The position numbers and the translations under genes were made by a program. The notes beneath the pieces were generated by a model, which saw only the letters and a program-made list of their open reading frames with translations, was not told the origin of the DNA and searched no databases. This document shows, piece by piece, positions 1 through 13,014 of a stretch of DNA of 64,000 nucleotides. Numbering within the stretch: position 1 is the stretch's first letter; the number at the start of each line of letters is the position of its first letter. Source of the stretch: Zootoca vivipara (lineage: Eukaryota); the NCBI RefSeq assembly GCF_963506605.1, contig NC_083291.1, forward strand, positions 24,428,001 through 24,492,000, read 5' to 3'.

Positions 1-2337
1 AGGTTCTTTGTGTTGAAGTAGGATGACTGGGTCAGTCTTAATCGGAAATAACCATGACCCGTATTACTTTATTGTGACTTCTTCCTAACCCCCAAACCCA
101 AAATCTCTTAAAAGGATTTCCAGAAATAAGAGCCCAGAGCATAATAGCGTGTAAGAGCCAATACAGCACACAACTTCATGGATGATATGGACTGGAAAGT
201 GAGAAACTTATGGGCTGTGAACTCTTACTGATATGTTACATACATGGTTTTTTGTAATTCAGAAGCTGTCCTGGTCTTTAATGTTTGAAAGTTTTACGTG
301 ATGGAAGTCGCTATTTGAGTCCTGTAAAAACTAATGTGACACTAGAACACACTGGAGACTGAAATTGATTTTAGACAGGCTACTCTTCCCCATCATGTGC
401 ACATAATTTATCAGATAGATGCCTCTGGTCAAACAGATTTTGGAACCTATATAAAAACTTGCAGTACATACAGTATTATCAAAGGTTGAAGTTGGATGAG
501 TATACACATGAGTATACACATCCTTCCTTAAAATTGCCTTTGAGTCCCGGAAAAGGTGACTGTACTTAAGCTGTAGTGGGAGAGAGAAACTGATGGCAGA
601 GCACATGGGTGTGGGCAGGGGGGTAGCTGACCCCCTAGATCAAGTAAAACAATAGAAATATTTAACTAACTGACCATTTCACGTCAGTTCTGCCCCCTCA
701 ACAAAAATCCTGGCTATGGAGCAAATGGGTATGTGGTCTTTCGAGAAAGGCATTTTTATCTCAGCTTTGCAGCATCATATAAAATACCAAAACAAAGTGG
801 TATTTTGATCTCTGGTGCTTTTTAGAGTTAAGCAAACACTTTTCATAGGAGAAAGGAGGCAAAAAGATTATTCTTTACACAACTCTCTCCTACACTGCAG
901 AATTCACTTAGCATAGCTTTCCTCTGGTCTTGGGACATGACCCTTGGGTTTAGCAAACAGAAACTACCACAGGGAAAGAAAAGCAAAGGGTAGTGTGCTG
1001 AATGAAAGATTGATATCAATAGGTCATAGGGCCATTGTTTTGCTCAAAGGCTGCTTTAAGTATGCATTTACATTTCTGTTGAATATTCAGTAAGCATTTT
1101 TCCCTGCTATTATGTGTGTGCTGCTAGCATCCTGGTGCTCTGAAAGAAGGGTTAAGAGTTCAGAACATAAGCAATTGATGATAAATTCCAGCCTCTTAGG
1201 GGTCTGGGTCTCCTTTCCTTGCATCTGTTTCCATTGATGCATTTGCCGCTAGAAATGAATGTATTGTGGCATACAGAAGCATCTGCATATATTTGGTTTC
1301 CCCCTACATTGCAACCATCTCTGAATCTTTCTGAGAGTATATTTTAGTTTAATGATAGTCATGTCTCTTGACTTCTAATCACGTGAACACACCATTTGAG
1401 GACAAAGTAGATGTAATACAGAAGATTAGTGAGTAGTAGTTCCCCAAGTGCTGAATTCCTAATATACTCCCTTGCTGCTGTTGCTCTTGACACGTATTCA
1501 AAAAACTGAGATCTAATTGAAGAATTTCTTGCATCATGTTTAGTAGGTCCATAACAGAAAGGGTGGGTGTTGCTGTAGAAAAGTGAAGGTTTGTGGAACT
1601 TTCATCTTGGCTTGATATGCTTTTTTAAAGTTGTAAACTTATCGTAAATCATTTGTGGCCTGTAGGTGTCCTTGCTGCTGATTATTATTGTGGTCAAAGA
1701 AGCTTCACTTGTTTCTAGCCCTCCTTTAAAACACCTACATATTGAACTGGGGTTTGCATTTGAAGCAAAATATTCTCCTTTTTGTACATCCTTGTGTACA
1801 TCCACTTTCATTCATGTCTCAGCATTTTTTATGTCTCAGTGTAAATTGAACTGTGTTCTGTACAGTATTTTCCTTCCCTGCTTAACTAACTGGGCACAGT
1901 AGCCAAGCTAACATTCAGACAGAACTGTGCCAAAATAAACAAAAAGAAAAAACAACCATCCATGGAATTGCACCCTGGATGTTTGTACCAGGTTTCATTC
2001 TAATATTGTAGCCATGAGGTGTGAAAAAGAACAACATAAATATTCAGAGGAGAAGGAACATTCTTCCTCAGGATCTTTTCAGAATCCACTCCTCTCCCCT
2101 GCTGGAACACTGGGAAACTCCCATGAAACACGTTTATCTTTTGAAGTGAGTTAAATGCTTTTTGAGACAAGTTTTTATCTATATAAAAATGTTTGTACCT
2201 CATATTTTGGGAAAGACAATCTGCTGTGTTTGAGAATGATAATGAACTATTGAAAAGTGTTGTTATCCAGATTAAATTTGATATGCAATGTGCTTCTGGG
2301 CTCTTAGTAAAAGAACAAGTGTAATGTTCCTTTTAAT

Positions 2338-2340
<3 letters not shown>

Positions 2341-2397
<57 letters not shown>

Positions 2398-2428
2398 TGT
2401 GTGTTTGTGTGTGTGTATACACACACAC
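2341..2428. repeat. Compound microsatellite (CT)n(GT)n with short (CA)n
   Basis: Directly visible dinucleotide runs. Confidence 0.95.
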
Positions 2429-2594
2429 ATTTTAGTATGACACAGTATAAGACTGCTTCTCTTGACAGATAAAACACTTTCTTCCAATGCATGTCTTTGT
2501 TTCTATTTCCAATTCAACACTCCTCCCCTCAACAAAGCCATTCTCAGATGGCAAAAGCTAAGATACATTTGCTTAGGTAGGATAGATACAGCCA

Positions 2595-2596
<2 letters not shown>

Positions 2597-2640
<44 letters not shown>
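2597..2640. repeat. (TG)n microsatellite
   Basis: Directly visible run of about 22 TG units. Confidence 0.95.
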
Positions 2641-2642
<2 letters not shown>

Positions 2643-3220
2643 TCACTTGTATTGAGTATATTCACAATTTTGCTTAGACACAACTGAGACATTTGTACTT
2701 TGGAGACTGCAAGCTTATAGTGTTCTTGCTTGGGAGTAAGCACCACTAAACAGATTAGGTCTGTCTTCTGAGTTTTGCTCAAAGGTCTGTCTTCTGAGTT
2801 TTGCTCAATGCATAGCATTGCTCTGTAAATTTAATAAATTTGCCAAGTTGTATAATTATTGTATGCTAACTACCTTATAAATTATGCAATTTATATTAGA
2901 ACAGTAAGACAAATTTAGGTTTGATAAGAAAGGAGTGTATTTCAATTTCCCTATTTCTATTTTCCCTATGGCTGCAACAGTGTTACATCTTTAGCTGTAG
3001 TGCTAACATTTATTAACAAAGTGTCAAAATGGTGAGTTAAACCAAAGGCCTTATGTCACCAGGCCAATAAACTGTTTCAGTTTTAACAAACTGCCTTTTC
3101 CTGCCTGTCCCCTTTCCCTTCTTAGAATCTTCTGACATTGCAGCTTTGCAAGGTCCCCTCTCCACTTACCATGTAGCACCTGCATTTCCTCTTGTTGGAC
3201 GCATGTACAAGCACATACAC

Positions 3221-3356
3221 CAGGCACCCCCAAACTGCAGCCCTCCAGATGTTTTGGCCTACAACTCCCATAATCCCTAGCTAACAGGACCAGTGGTTGG
3301 GGAAGATGGGAATTGTAGTCCAAAACATCTGGAGGGCTGAAGTTTGGGGGTGCCTG
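3221..3356. mobile_element. Palindromic hAT-type MITE
   Basis: Ends CAGGCACCCCCAAACT...AGTTTGGGGGTGCCTG, inverted over almost its whole length. Perfect 8-bp TSD ACATACAC (3213-3220 / 3357-3364). Confidence 0.9.
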
Positions 3357-4763
3357 ACATACACAAATACAGTCATTTGATCAGCTGAGGCACTGGGGCA
3401 ATGCTTATCTGCTGCCCACACAACTCCTGCTCCCTCCCCGCAGCTTCCAGGTTTAGAGCTGAAGGGGATTGTTTTGATCTTCTGCAGAGGTGCAATGTGA
3501 TTGTTGTTGCTGTTGCTGTTTGTTTATCACATTTATATTCCATCTTGCTTATCTTCCAAGACTCTCAAAGTGGTGTGCAATGGTTCTCCTCCCCATTTCA
3601 TCCTCACAACAACCCTGTGACTGGCTCAAGGTTACCTAATGAGCTTCATGGCTGAGTGGGGATTCAAATCTTGCTCTCCCAGGCCCTAGTCCAACATTCT
3701 ACTCTACACTGGTTCTTCAGAGTGCTTGAGACACTGTAAATGGTTTCATATTATCATTGGAACAGCTCCATTAACTAGGCTAGAGAGGAGAGGTGGGGAT
3801 TTGCCCAAGGCCCACCCTGCTTCAGAACTGGTAGAGTAGAGTGGGATTTGGGTCATCACTCTCCCATTTAAAAGTCTGATCCACACAATCTGTGACACAT
3901 TGATAGACGTGGGTTGAAGATGGGGTTGCATTCACTCTGAAGATAAGCCATGACCACCCAAATCTTTCTGCATCATCATAGCTTCCTTGTCTCTGTGTAT
4001 AATAACTTTAAGTATGCTAAGATAACAGTTTGATTTAGATGGGTATCATTTGTGGTGGTGGTTTGGAAATATGTAGTATTGTGGCTTATGGAAAGTGTCT
4101 GCACTTCTGAAAAGCACGCCGCCAAGAATGATTTGTTAGTAGGGAAGGAGAGAGAAACAAGAATTCACTTTCAGTTGAGCCAACTAGGATCGTTTTGTTG
4201 TTACTGCTGTAATTCACGCTCTTTGTAAATTTTGGAGTGCACCTAAACTGGGAGGCTGTGTTGTTGTTTATATACATATATACTTGAGTACAGATTCCAG
4301 TATTCTTGTACTTCCTTTCAAACCCAGCCATTGTATCTGTTAAAATCTGGCTTGAGTCAGACTGAGACTCTTTGCCAAAATTCCTATCCAAAGGAGCCAA
4401 GTTCCTACTTTTGTTTTTTTGTATAACTTCTTGGTAATATAATTTTACAGTCACAGCAGTTTACAGTTTCATTCCTACTGTGATATGTCTTATAGCTCTA
4501 TTGGCAGGATTGGGAACTAACACGAGAGCTACCCACAATGACAGTTGAGAATGTAAAAATAAATTGGGGGGGGGGGTTACAGCTTTGTCTAATTGTCAAT
4601 CTGTTTATGTCAAAATACTCCTGCCACTGCTTCATAAGCAGCGCTTTACTAGTTGTTGATAAAATTCCGTTGTGATCCACTGCCCTTCCCTCTCATAGTG
4701 CCTCAGAAAGAATTACAGTGCCAAAGGCAAGTCAGTGGGGCTGGTAGCTAAGCGGTAGAGCCA

Positions 4764-4918
4764 CATAGGATCATAGAATTGTAGAGTTGGAGGGTACCCT
4801 GAGGGTCATCTAGTCCAGCCCCTGCAATGCAGGTATCCTGTCCAGAGTCGTTCCTGGGTGGACTCGAACTGCCAGCCTTCTGGTTAACAGCCGGATGCAC
4901 TGACCCATTGTACCACAG
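4764..4918 (-). mobile_element. tRNA-Asn-headed SINE with CR1-like 3' tail
   Basis: The minus strand reads CTGTGGTACAATGGGTCAGTGCATCCGGCTGTTAACCAGAAGGCTGGCAGTTCGAGTCCACCCAGGAACG, close to vertebrate tRNA-Asn(GTT). It is followed by ...GGACTAGATGACCCTC...CCAACTCTACAATTCTATGAT, a CR1-type end. Confidence 0.75.
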
Positions 4919-5206
4919 CATGCTTTGCATGAAAGTCGTTGGATCATTCTGCAGTACATATTATGATGAACTCAAGTACAGGGCATTGGACATTAGAAAG
5001 CTATTGCTGGGATGTACTTTGCTGCAAGGGGCCAATGATCTTCATAAGGTAATTCCACATGCTTAGTTATTCCTTTTTTTTCTTTTTTAATGGCAGTTCA
5101 GGGATCAATCAACATTAAATCTGCACTAGCCTTACATGTAGAACAGTAGGAAGCGATACCCTAGTAGGATTATGGGACTGATTTAGACACTGTGTTAAAA
5201 CCATAG

Positions 5207-5548
5207 GTAAAGCGACCCCTGATGGTTAGGTCCAGTCGCGGACGACTCTGGGGTTGCGGCACTCATCTCGCTTTATTGGCCGAGGGAACCAGCGTACAGC
5301 TTCCGGGTCATGTGGCCAGCATGACTAAGCTGCCTCTGGCGAACCAGAACAGCGCACGGGAACACCGTTTACCTTCCCACCGGAGCGGTATCTATTTATC
5401 TACTTGCACTTCGTGCTTTCGAACTGCTAGGTTGGCAGGAGCTGGGACAGAGCAACAGGAGCTCACCCCGTATGGGGTTTCGAACCACCGACCTTCTGAT
5501 TGGCAAGCCCTAGGCTCTGTGGTTTAACTCACAGCGCCACCCGCGTCC
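5207..5548 (-). mobile_element. Sauria SINE, full length
   Basis: Minus-strand 5' end GGACGCGGGTGGCGCTGTG..., typical body, tail next to GGTAAAG. 14-bp TSD TGTTAAAACCATAG (5193-5206 / 5549-5562). Confidence 0.9.
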
Positions 5549-6351
5549 TGTTAAAACCATAGTTAAGGTTAAAAATCCCTGCTGCACTTCTTCTTTCTCT
5601 CTCTGCTTGGGTTTACCGGGTAACAAACCAAACAGAAGCTGGCTTTGTTGTGTGTGTTTCTCTCCAAACAAACCATGAGTGGAAGCCAAGGCTTGCCCTT
5701 TGCTTATTACTTAAGGTTTGTTTTGGAGAAACAAGCCAGGAGAGCTGGTTCACACATAACTCAAAGACAGCCTCTGGTCTCTTTCTTCCCCAGTGTGCCA
5801 ATGGAAGCAACAGTGGAGGAGTACAGCATGGACTTTTGAGCAGTGTACACCAACATACTGCTTGTTCACATTAAACCCTTAACTATGGTTTAAAGTGATG
5901 TCTGAACCTGGCCATTAATCATGCACCTAATAGGTCAGGCATCTGATTATTCTATTTTCTAGAAGAAAGGAAATAATGAATTGTAACTATGTAAGATGTG
6001 CCAAAATGATTCATTGTCAAACTCAAAACATGTTAGGTACAAACATACAGTTCTTCTGGGGAAAAGAGCTAAACTAAAATAAAAGAGCATTCTACTCATA
6101 TTTACTGTTCAGCTTGATATTAGCTTTGCATTAAATTATTTCTACATGCAGTGGCTCTTTCCTTCCGCAATTTATAAATTGGACAGTTTTATTAAGTTTT
6201 TTTTAACTTAATAACATTGTGGCAAATAATTGATACTGTTTGAGCAACCATAGGGTAATCATATGTATGGAAATGAGTTTCAGGGTGTTGGGGATTTCTT
6301 GGGTTGAGTACAAACTACCCAGATGAATACATCAGAAGACTGGCTTAGTTT

Positions 6352-6740
6352 GCATGTAACACTAAGCTAAACCATGGCTTAGCACAAACCAATGAATGTG
6401 TGAGTTCCCAGAGCAAAGATTCCAGTCATTTTGCTCCTCTACTGCTACTGTTTTGCTGTAAACTAAGCCGGTTTTTGTCTTTGCATTATGTCCAAACCTG
6501 GGCTCATGGTTTATCTCCTGTAGACAAGCCATGTTCACTAAGCCATAGAACAAACCTTGGCTACAGCTTGTGGTTTGGCCAGAGCAAGAGATATCACAAG
6601 TCCAGGTTTCGATGTAACACTAAGCAAAAGCATGGGTTTACTCACAGAGGTTTGGGGACAGAAGGATCTGAAGTGACCATTATTTTATGCCCAGGAAATT
6701 GCACATTTAGGCTATGCCATGGTTTAGCTTAGTGTTGCAT
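6352..6740. mobile_element. Old inverted-repeat element (MITE-like)
   Basis: GCATGTAACACTAAGCTAAACCATGGC...GCCATGGTTTAGCTTAGTGTTGCATG terminal inverted repeats. Related AAACCATGGTT motifs occur near 5570-5900 and 56385-56540. Confidence 0.55.
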
Positions 6741-6928
6741 GTGTCCCAGGTCTGTGTGTCACAGTGCTACACTTTAAAAGTCCCCATGTTTTTGAAACAC
6801 TCCTCCTCAATAGGTGACATAGTGTTACATGAATATTGTTGCTCTGAGTCCCTTTCATTGTGCTCATTTTTTGAAAGAATATGTCTTTGCAGGTCTTGGT
6901 TTATTCTTAGCCTCTCACATTCTGAGTA

Positions 6929-7164
6929 CAGTGGTACCCTGGTTTAAGAACAGCTTAGTTTATGAACAACTTGGATTAAGAACGCTGCAAACCCGGAAGT
7001 AGGTGTTTTGGTTTGTGAACTTTGCCTTGGAATAAGAACATGTTTCGCTTCCTGTTGAGTGTGTTCCATTTGTAAATTGAGTCCCCCGCTGCTATGGGAA
7101 AGCACACATTGGTTTAAGAACGGGCTTTCGGAACTGATTAAGTTCGTAAACCAAAGTACCACTG
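6929..7164. mobile_element. Tc1/mariner-superfamily MITE (CAGTGGTACC ends)
   Basis: TA|CAGTGGTACCCTGGTTTAAGAAC...GTTCGTAAACCAAAGTACCACTG|TA. Confidence 0.9.
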
Positions 7165-8032
7165 TATTACCTTGGTATTTAGTTAAATAGTGAGGTCTGT
7201 TATGGATACTGTAATTTCTTTGCAACTGGCCATTTTGGCTTCATGGATTTGAAATGTCAAGGCACATTTGAACTTGAAAGAACTTAATTTTTGCAGCATT
7301 TTGACTATGAATATTTTTTACAACTGTCATTCCTTCCCTCAAAGGAGTCTGGAAATAGTATTTCAGGGCACTGGGAATTAGTGTGCCCCATAATCCCTTC
7401 TCACAGAACTACAATTCCCAGGGTATCTTGTGGGAGGAGAAATGATTCAACTGTTAAACCAGCCTGTGCAGTGTTTATACTTTCCAGCTCATTGATCCCA
7501 TTTCCCCATTGCTTAGGCCTCATGTGACATCTTAAAGTGGTTTGTCTAAGATGCTACATACCACAGTTACTCAGAGTTTTCTTGGCCATTTCCCTTACTC
7601 CCTTGTGATAATAATTACACAAGTCCACTAATTACATGAGCTCAGTATGTTGACTATTGGAGAGGAAACAGGATACCCCTTGTTGGATATTAGAAGAAAC
7701 GGGATACCCCATCTTTTAATGAAAATGCAACCTATTCTGCTTGCTACTACACAACACAATGCATCAACATTGTGTTAGACCTAATATTTTAATACATACT
7801 CATACTGTACCTTTTTTTTGCCTCTATCTTGAATTCTGTACCAGTACACACTGCAAGTTTAGATGTGCCTTTGGGGTACATTTCTGCATAAAGCCTAAGG
7901 TATACTTGGACAACCAAACTACCAACATCAAAGCTTATGGAATCCTTACCATTTGGTTACTATATTGATTGCTAAATTTTATGTCTATTTTTTATTTTGG
8001 TTGTAAGTAGTCCAGGGAATATTTTTTGGTAT

Positions 8033-9063
8033 TAGAATCATACAATTGTAGAGTTGGAAGAGACTATGAGAGTCATCTAGTCCAGGGGTCTGCAACCTGC
8101 GGCTCCAGAACTGCATGTGGCTCTTTTACACCTTTGCTGCGGCTCTGGAGCGGATACGAGGGGAGGAGGCGTCCGAGCCATGCGCCGCCTGAGCCATGCG
8201 GCGGCGGCGCGCTGTGCGCCTGCACCCCGCACGGCGCCTGCCGGAGTCCACAACTCCGCTGTGTGCGTGCGCTGTGCAAAAAGGATGCAAGGTGACGTTA
8301 GCAGCCCGGGGAGCGTGGTCGGCCCCCTCCCTGCATCAGCCCCTCCCCGCCGCATTTCTGCAGCCAATAGGCTCACGGGGGCGGGGTCGGAGTTATTTAT
8401 TTTTTTAAACAGGCGCGCTTCTTCCTGCCCAGCAGCAGAAAAGGCTTGCGGGCTCGGAGCGCGTGTTTGCTGCTGCTGCTCCTGCCTGCGGCCTGCCTGT
8501 GGCCTGCCTGTGGCCTCCTGCCGGCCTGGTCAGGAGATTGAGGTAGATGTATTAATCAATGGGTTGATTCAATATGAGGAAATTTTGTAAGTTCACTTGA
8601 TGGGACCAACACACATGAAACCATATAGGTGTCCTAAAAAGGGAGTCAGAGTTTTGCCCATTCCCAGTAATCAAGGCAGCCCAAACTCAAAGCCCAAAGT
8701 TATTTTTATAATGACGAGGATGACATTGGGCCCTCATTATTAATTATTATTTACATCAGGCACTGATTATGATTTATGGTACACTGGGGCCCTGATTAAT
8801 TTTCTATGGCATTTTGGGGCATTGATGATTGGGCATAGCAAATTTTGCTATGGGGCCCTCTGATTTCTAATTACGTCCCTGTTTTGCGGCTCCCAGTTTA
8901 TTTTTTTTCTTCGGAAATGGGTCCAAGTGGCTCTTTTTGTCTTAAAGGTTGCAGACCCCTGATCTAGTCCAATCCCCTGCAATGCAGGAATCTTTTGCCC
9001 AGTATGGTGCTTGAACCCACGACCCTGAGGTTAAGTCTCATGCTCTACCGACTGAACTATCCA
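8033..9063 (-). mobile_element. tRNA-Lys-headed SINE with CR1-like tail, split by a hAT insertion
   Basis: Tail at 8033-8082, remainder at 8962-9063. The head reads TAGTTCAGTCGGTAGAGCATGAGACTTAACCTCAGGGTCGTGGGTTCAAG on the minus strand (tRNA-Lys(CTT)-like). Confidence 0.75.
8083..8961. mobile_element. Non-autonomous hAT DNA transposon with GC-rich cargo
   Basis: Perfect 16-bp TIR CAGGGGTCTGCAACCT / AGGTTGCAGACCCCTG. Perfect 8-bp TSD ATCTAGTC (8075-8082 / 8962-8969). No transposase ORF. Confidence 0.93.
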
Positions 9064-9597
9064 ACGTTATTTTTGTTGGCATCTGTCTGTCTTGAGAGAC
9101 AATGGAGTGTGCATCTAGGGCTGAAGACAAAGCAGTGGAGAATCGAAGTGCCTGCTGTGCCTGCAGAAACTGGTAACTCACAACTACTGTCTCCTACACT
9201 GATTTGCTGCGTTGCAGCACTGAAGTGACCTCTCTGGGGCACAAGCCTGGGCAGTGTGTATGGAGGTCCTGGGTTGCTCTGTAAACTAGACACACACACA
9301 CACCCCTGGTGTGCAAAGTGTGGTGCAAAGGAAAGTAGAGCAATACACTTGGCATCAGCTTTGCTGCAGGAGTTGCCGGAAGGAGGCATACATGGTGCCA
9401 TCAAACTGCCTTAGGGACTCCACCGGATTTGTGTACGGTTTACTTGTTAGCTTTTTCTTCTCCCGAAGATCGCCTGCAAGGCAGCGGGTATAGATTTTTT
9501 CTTGGGGATGACTCACAAAGCCTTTCTCACGAATGAGTATAGCTGCAAAGCAGCAGAGGTTTCAAATCAGAGTTATCCTTCTCCTAGATGGGCTACT

Positions 9598-9729
9598 GGT
9601 AAAGCCTGAGACTCTTAATCTCAGGGTCATGGGTTTGATACCCACATTGGGTGATAGATTCCAACATTGCAGGGGCTTGGTCTACATGACCTTCATGGTC
9701 CCTTCCAACTCTACGATTCTATGATTCTA
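9598..9729 (+). mobile_element. tRNA-Lys-headed SINE with CR1-like tail (5'-truncated)
   Basis: GAGACTCTTAATCTCAGGGTCATGGGTTTGA matches tRNA-Lys(CTT). Ends CCCTTCCAACTCTACGATTCTATGATTCTA. Confidence 0.75.
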
Positions 9730-11199
9730 CCTTCCCTGGTTGATGAGCCCCATATGCCCCTCATTTCCCTCTACAGCACATGAATCCAACATTAAATTAT
9801 TACAACTTAAAAGAGCTACTGGACATCTGCCCTTCAGATATTCACATTAACATTAGATGATTTTTTAATTATAAGTTGAAGCCTAATAGCGCATTCTAGA
9901 ACGTATTGCCACTTATACTAACTTTGCTTAGGTAACAGATAAAATTAACTATCTAAAAATTTCTTGCCATGAAATTCACATCTGTATAATTGATTTAAAA
10001 ATAGTTGGCTCTTGTGAGCCAATAGAGCAACAATAGATTTTTTTTAAAAATAAAAAACCCCAGAACATTGAGCTTTGTTCTACACGGAGGGAGGGTAGCC
10101 AGATGGCACAAGTTTAAGGCCTTAATAAGATTTGACCTGGGGGTAGGGTGGGGGGTTATGTATCATTTCCGGTGACTTGGGTTGCACTTCTTTGCATATT
10201 TTGAAATGGAGCTAGAGAGTCACTTTGTGAACAGTTTATTCAGCAGAATACTGGGATTGGAGTCCTAAAATCAGAACTCTGAATAATGAAATCATATCTA
10301 AAGCATACAGCTGTAGTTGTACCTTGTAGAAGAGGAATAATCCTGCAGACTTTAGAAAAGAAGTACAGTGACTTGAAAGATGTAAACAAATTATTGGTTG
10401 TTTTTTTAAATACAGTGAGTGAATTTGAGCTTTTCATTGATTCATTTGTTACATGCATAATCCCACCTTTCCTCCATGGAACTGAAAGTGAGGTTCATGG
10501 TGTTCCTGGGCAGTGTGCAGTCTGGGTACAGACAAGAACCAAACCTGTTTAAATTTAGCAAGGTGGCTATATCACATATCTTCAGACCAGCAGGAGTTTT
10601 TATATAGAAATGTATATCTAGAACTAATCTGTAATTTTAAATAATTAAGATGTTTTGGGATGGGGGTAATAGAAACAAATTAGAAAATATTACCAGGGTA
10701 TTTTGCAAACATACTGGCAAAAGTTTTTAGTGACATTCGTAATACTTTGAAAACATGTACTGATAAGTGTATATAATATCTATATAATATAGGCAAAAGT
10801 AAATGCTGAGCTTGAATATTGCCCTTCATGAAAACAAGACTGGGACAGATGCTCACTAATTGGAGCGAGACCAAGACAGACAGGGAGAGTGAAAGTTAAT
10901 TTATGTTTGACGGGCCATGAAATAACTTTTTCATTTTGGCCGTAGCATGTCATTCTGTCTGACTATTAATGTGAATTGCTGTACTAAGCACTTCCATCCA
11001 CTATAAGATCCTCAAGGCGAGGCAACAGAATCCTGCTTGATTTTGTTCATATATACTTCTGTTTTAAGGTGCAAGTCACCTTGTGAGTTTAACCTACTTG
11101 AAGTCTGTTGTGAAGAATTCTGCCATCTGTATTTAAATATTCTGCAGTTGTCATGAACAAGCACTTGGAAAATTGATAGGTATTCAGTAATGGTGTTGT

Positions 11200-11400
11200 A
11201 TACCTGAAGGAGCGTCTCCACCCCCGTTGTTCAGCCTGAACACTGAGGTCCCATTCTGGGGGTCTTCTGTCAGTTCCCTCACTGAAAAGTGCAGTTACAG
11301 GGAACCAGGCAGAGGGCCTTCTCGGTCGTGGCGCAATCCCTGTGGAACGCCCTCCCATCAGATGTCAAGGGAATAAACATCTATCTGACTTTTAGAAGCA
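11200..11400 (+). mobile_element. L2-like LINE 3' fragment
   Basis: GGGCCTTCTCGGTCGTGGCG...CCTGTGGAACGCCCTCCC (the AFS.VAP.LWN.LP motif of the L2/CR1-group ORF2 end). Confidence 0.6.
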
Positions 11401-11850
11401 AAAAGCAAAAGCAAAAAAAAAACTGATGCAAAAACCCATCAAGCATGTGCACAAAAATAAGGGGTTTTGCTGGGGGGGGGTTGCTTTTTATGCTGCTGAA
11501 TATATAATTTACACTTACATGACTAATACTTAAACAATGATTTGTCAGAATACTTGTCATAACCTAAGGTTTTAGTCAAAATATTGTAGGCAAAATGAAT
11601 AAAACATTTTGGGGGAACAGAAGTGCAGGATTGAGGGAGAAAATTCATCTAACCTTATATATATTCAAGTTATGAGAAGTAAAGATGCATTCAGCTACAT
11701 GGGCTGCTGTGCAGACTGACATGAGCTAGTATGTTATAACTAATGGGCTTCTTATATTCATGCATTGTTAATGTTACGCTCAGACATGTGGAGCTTATAC
11801 TGCAGTCCAGCATGTAAAGTTACCAGATATACTCAGTTCTGCATATAGTA

Positions 11851-12093
11851 CAGTGGTACCTCTACTTACAAATAACTCTACTTACGAATGTTTCTACTTA
11901 CGAATGGAGCTCCGTCCGCCATCTTGGATGCGGTTTAGATAGGATTTTTTCTACTTACGAATGTTTAGATAGGGTTGCTTCTACTTACGAATTTTTTCTC
12001 CCAATGCATTCCTATGGGATTCGACTTACAATTTTTTTTGACTTACGAATGTGCGTTCGGAACGCATTAAATTCGTAAGTAGAGGTACCACTG
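11851..12093. mobile_element. Tc1/mariner-superfamily MITE
   Basis: TA|CAGTGGTACCTCTACTTAC...GTAAGTAGAGGTACCACTG|TA, with several internal CTACTTACGAAT motifs. Confidence 0.92.
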
Positions 12094-13014
12094 TAACTGA
12101 TTATATTGGAGGTGAGTTTGCAGGTCTCACAACCTGTCAAGGAAAAATGGTACATGATCTTGGAAACCCATGTCTTTTATTTTTTAAACAATATCCTTTA
12201 TTATAAGCTTAAAAATGTACCCTCCTTCATTGTGCGACTTCAAATATGGCATAGAATGGTCTTGACATTGTGGAACATATTGAGAATTGTATTAACTTTA
12301 AGGTGAAACCATACATTCTCAGGTGAACTTCCAGAAAAATTATTATGGACAACAGGAACAGCTGGTTGCCTGGTATTTTTTATTATCTGGGGCCAATATG
12401 GCAATAATGATGCCAACTGTCTTATAATGAAAACAGCATTCAAGTAGTTGGCAGTTTCCAATTAGTTGCTCCGTTTACTGGAAAGAACAACTTTCAGCAG
12501 CCTTATAGGTTTTATTTCACTTGGCAGTAATTGGAGTAGGTGAACAACAACCGGCTGGAGTTTACAATGCAGGGCTGGCAGAGAGGCAACTGATATGTGA
12601 ACTGGAGAAGCAGCAAAAAGAGTGTGATCAACTCTGAGAACAGCAGCAGAGGAAAGATTGCATAGTCTAGTTTCAGAAGTGGTATATATCCATATTCAGA
12701 CAGATTATTTAATAAGCCTTCTTGCCCATCCTCCACAAAAGATCCCAGGGTGGATTACAGCAATAAAATACACAATTTTAAAAAGTTAAAACCATTGCTA
12801 AGAAAATTATTCCAAATGGAACAAAACTGTATAAATTGAGAGGAAGAGGTGTGTCCCACAAAACAAAGGTGCGAAATCCTTACAACAAAAATACTGGATG
12901 CGCCTTTGTAGACAGGGTTCCACAATGTAGGGGCTGCTACAGAGAAAGCCCTACCTGGGCTGCCATTCCCTGCACTTTTGAGTGTGGTGGCACTACCAAA
13001 AGAGCCCACTCTGC

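Noticed and set aside
4848-4918. Functional tRNA-Asn gene (also the tRNA-Lys-like segments near 9000 and 9600)
   Set aside because: Stems are mutated or truncated and are fused to a retroposon tail; these are SINE heads.
8117-8590. GC-rich ORFs or the native RNF38 promoter at 8.1-8.6 kb
   Set aside because: The segment lies entirely inside a TIR/TSD-bounded hAT element and the peptides have no recognisable homology.
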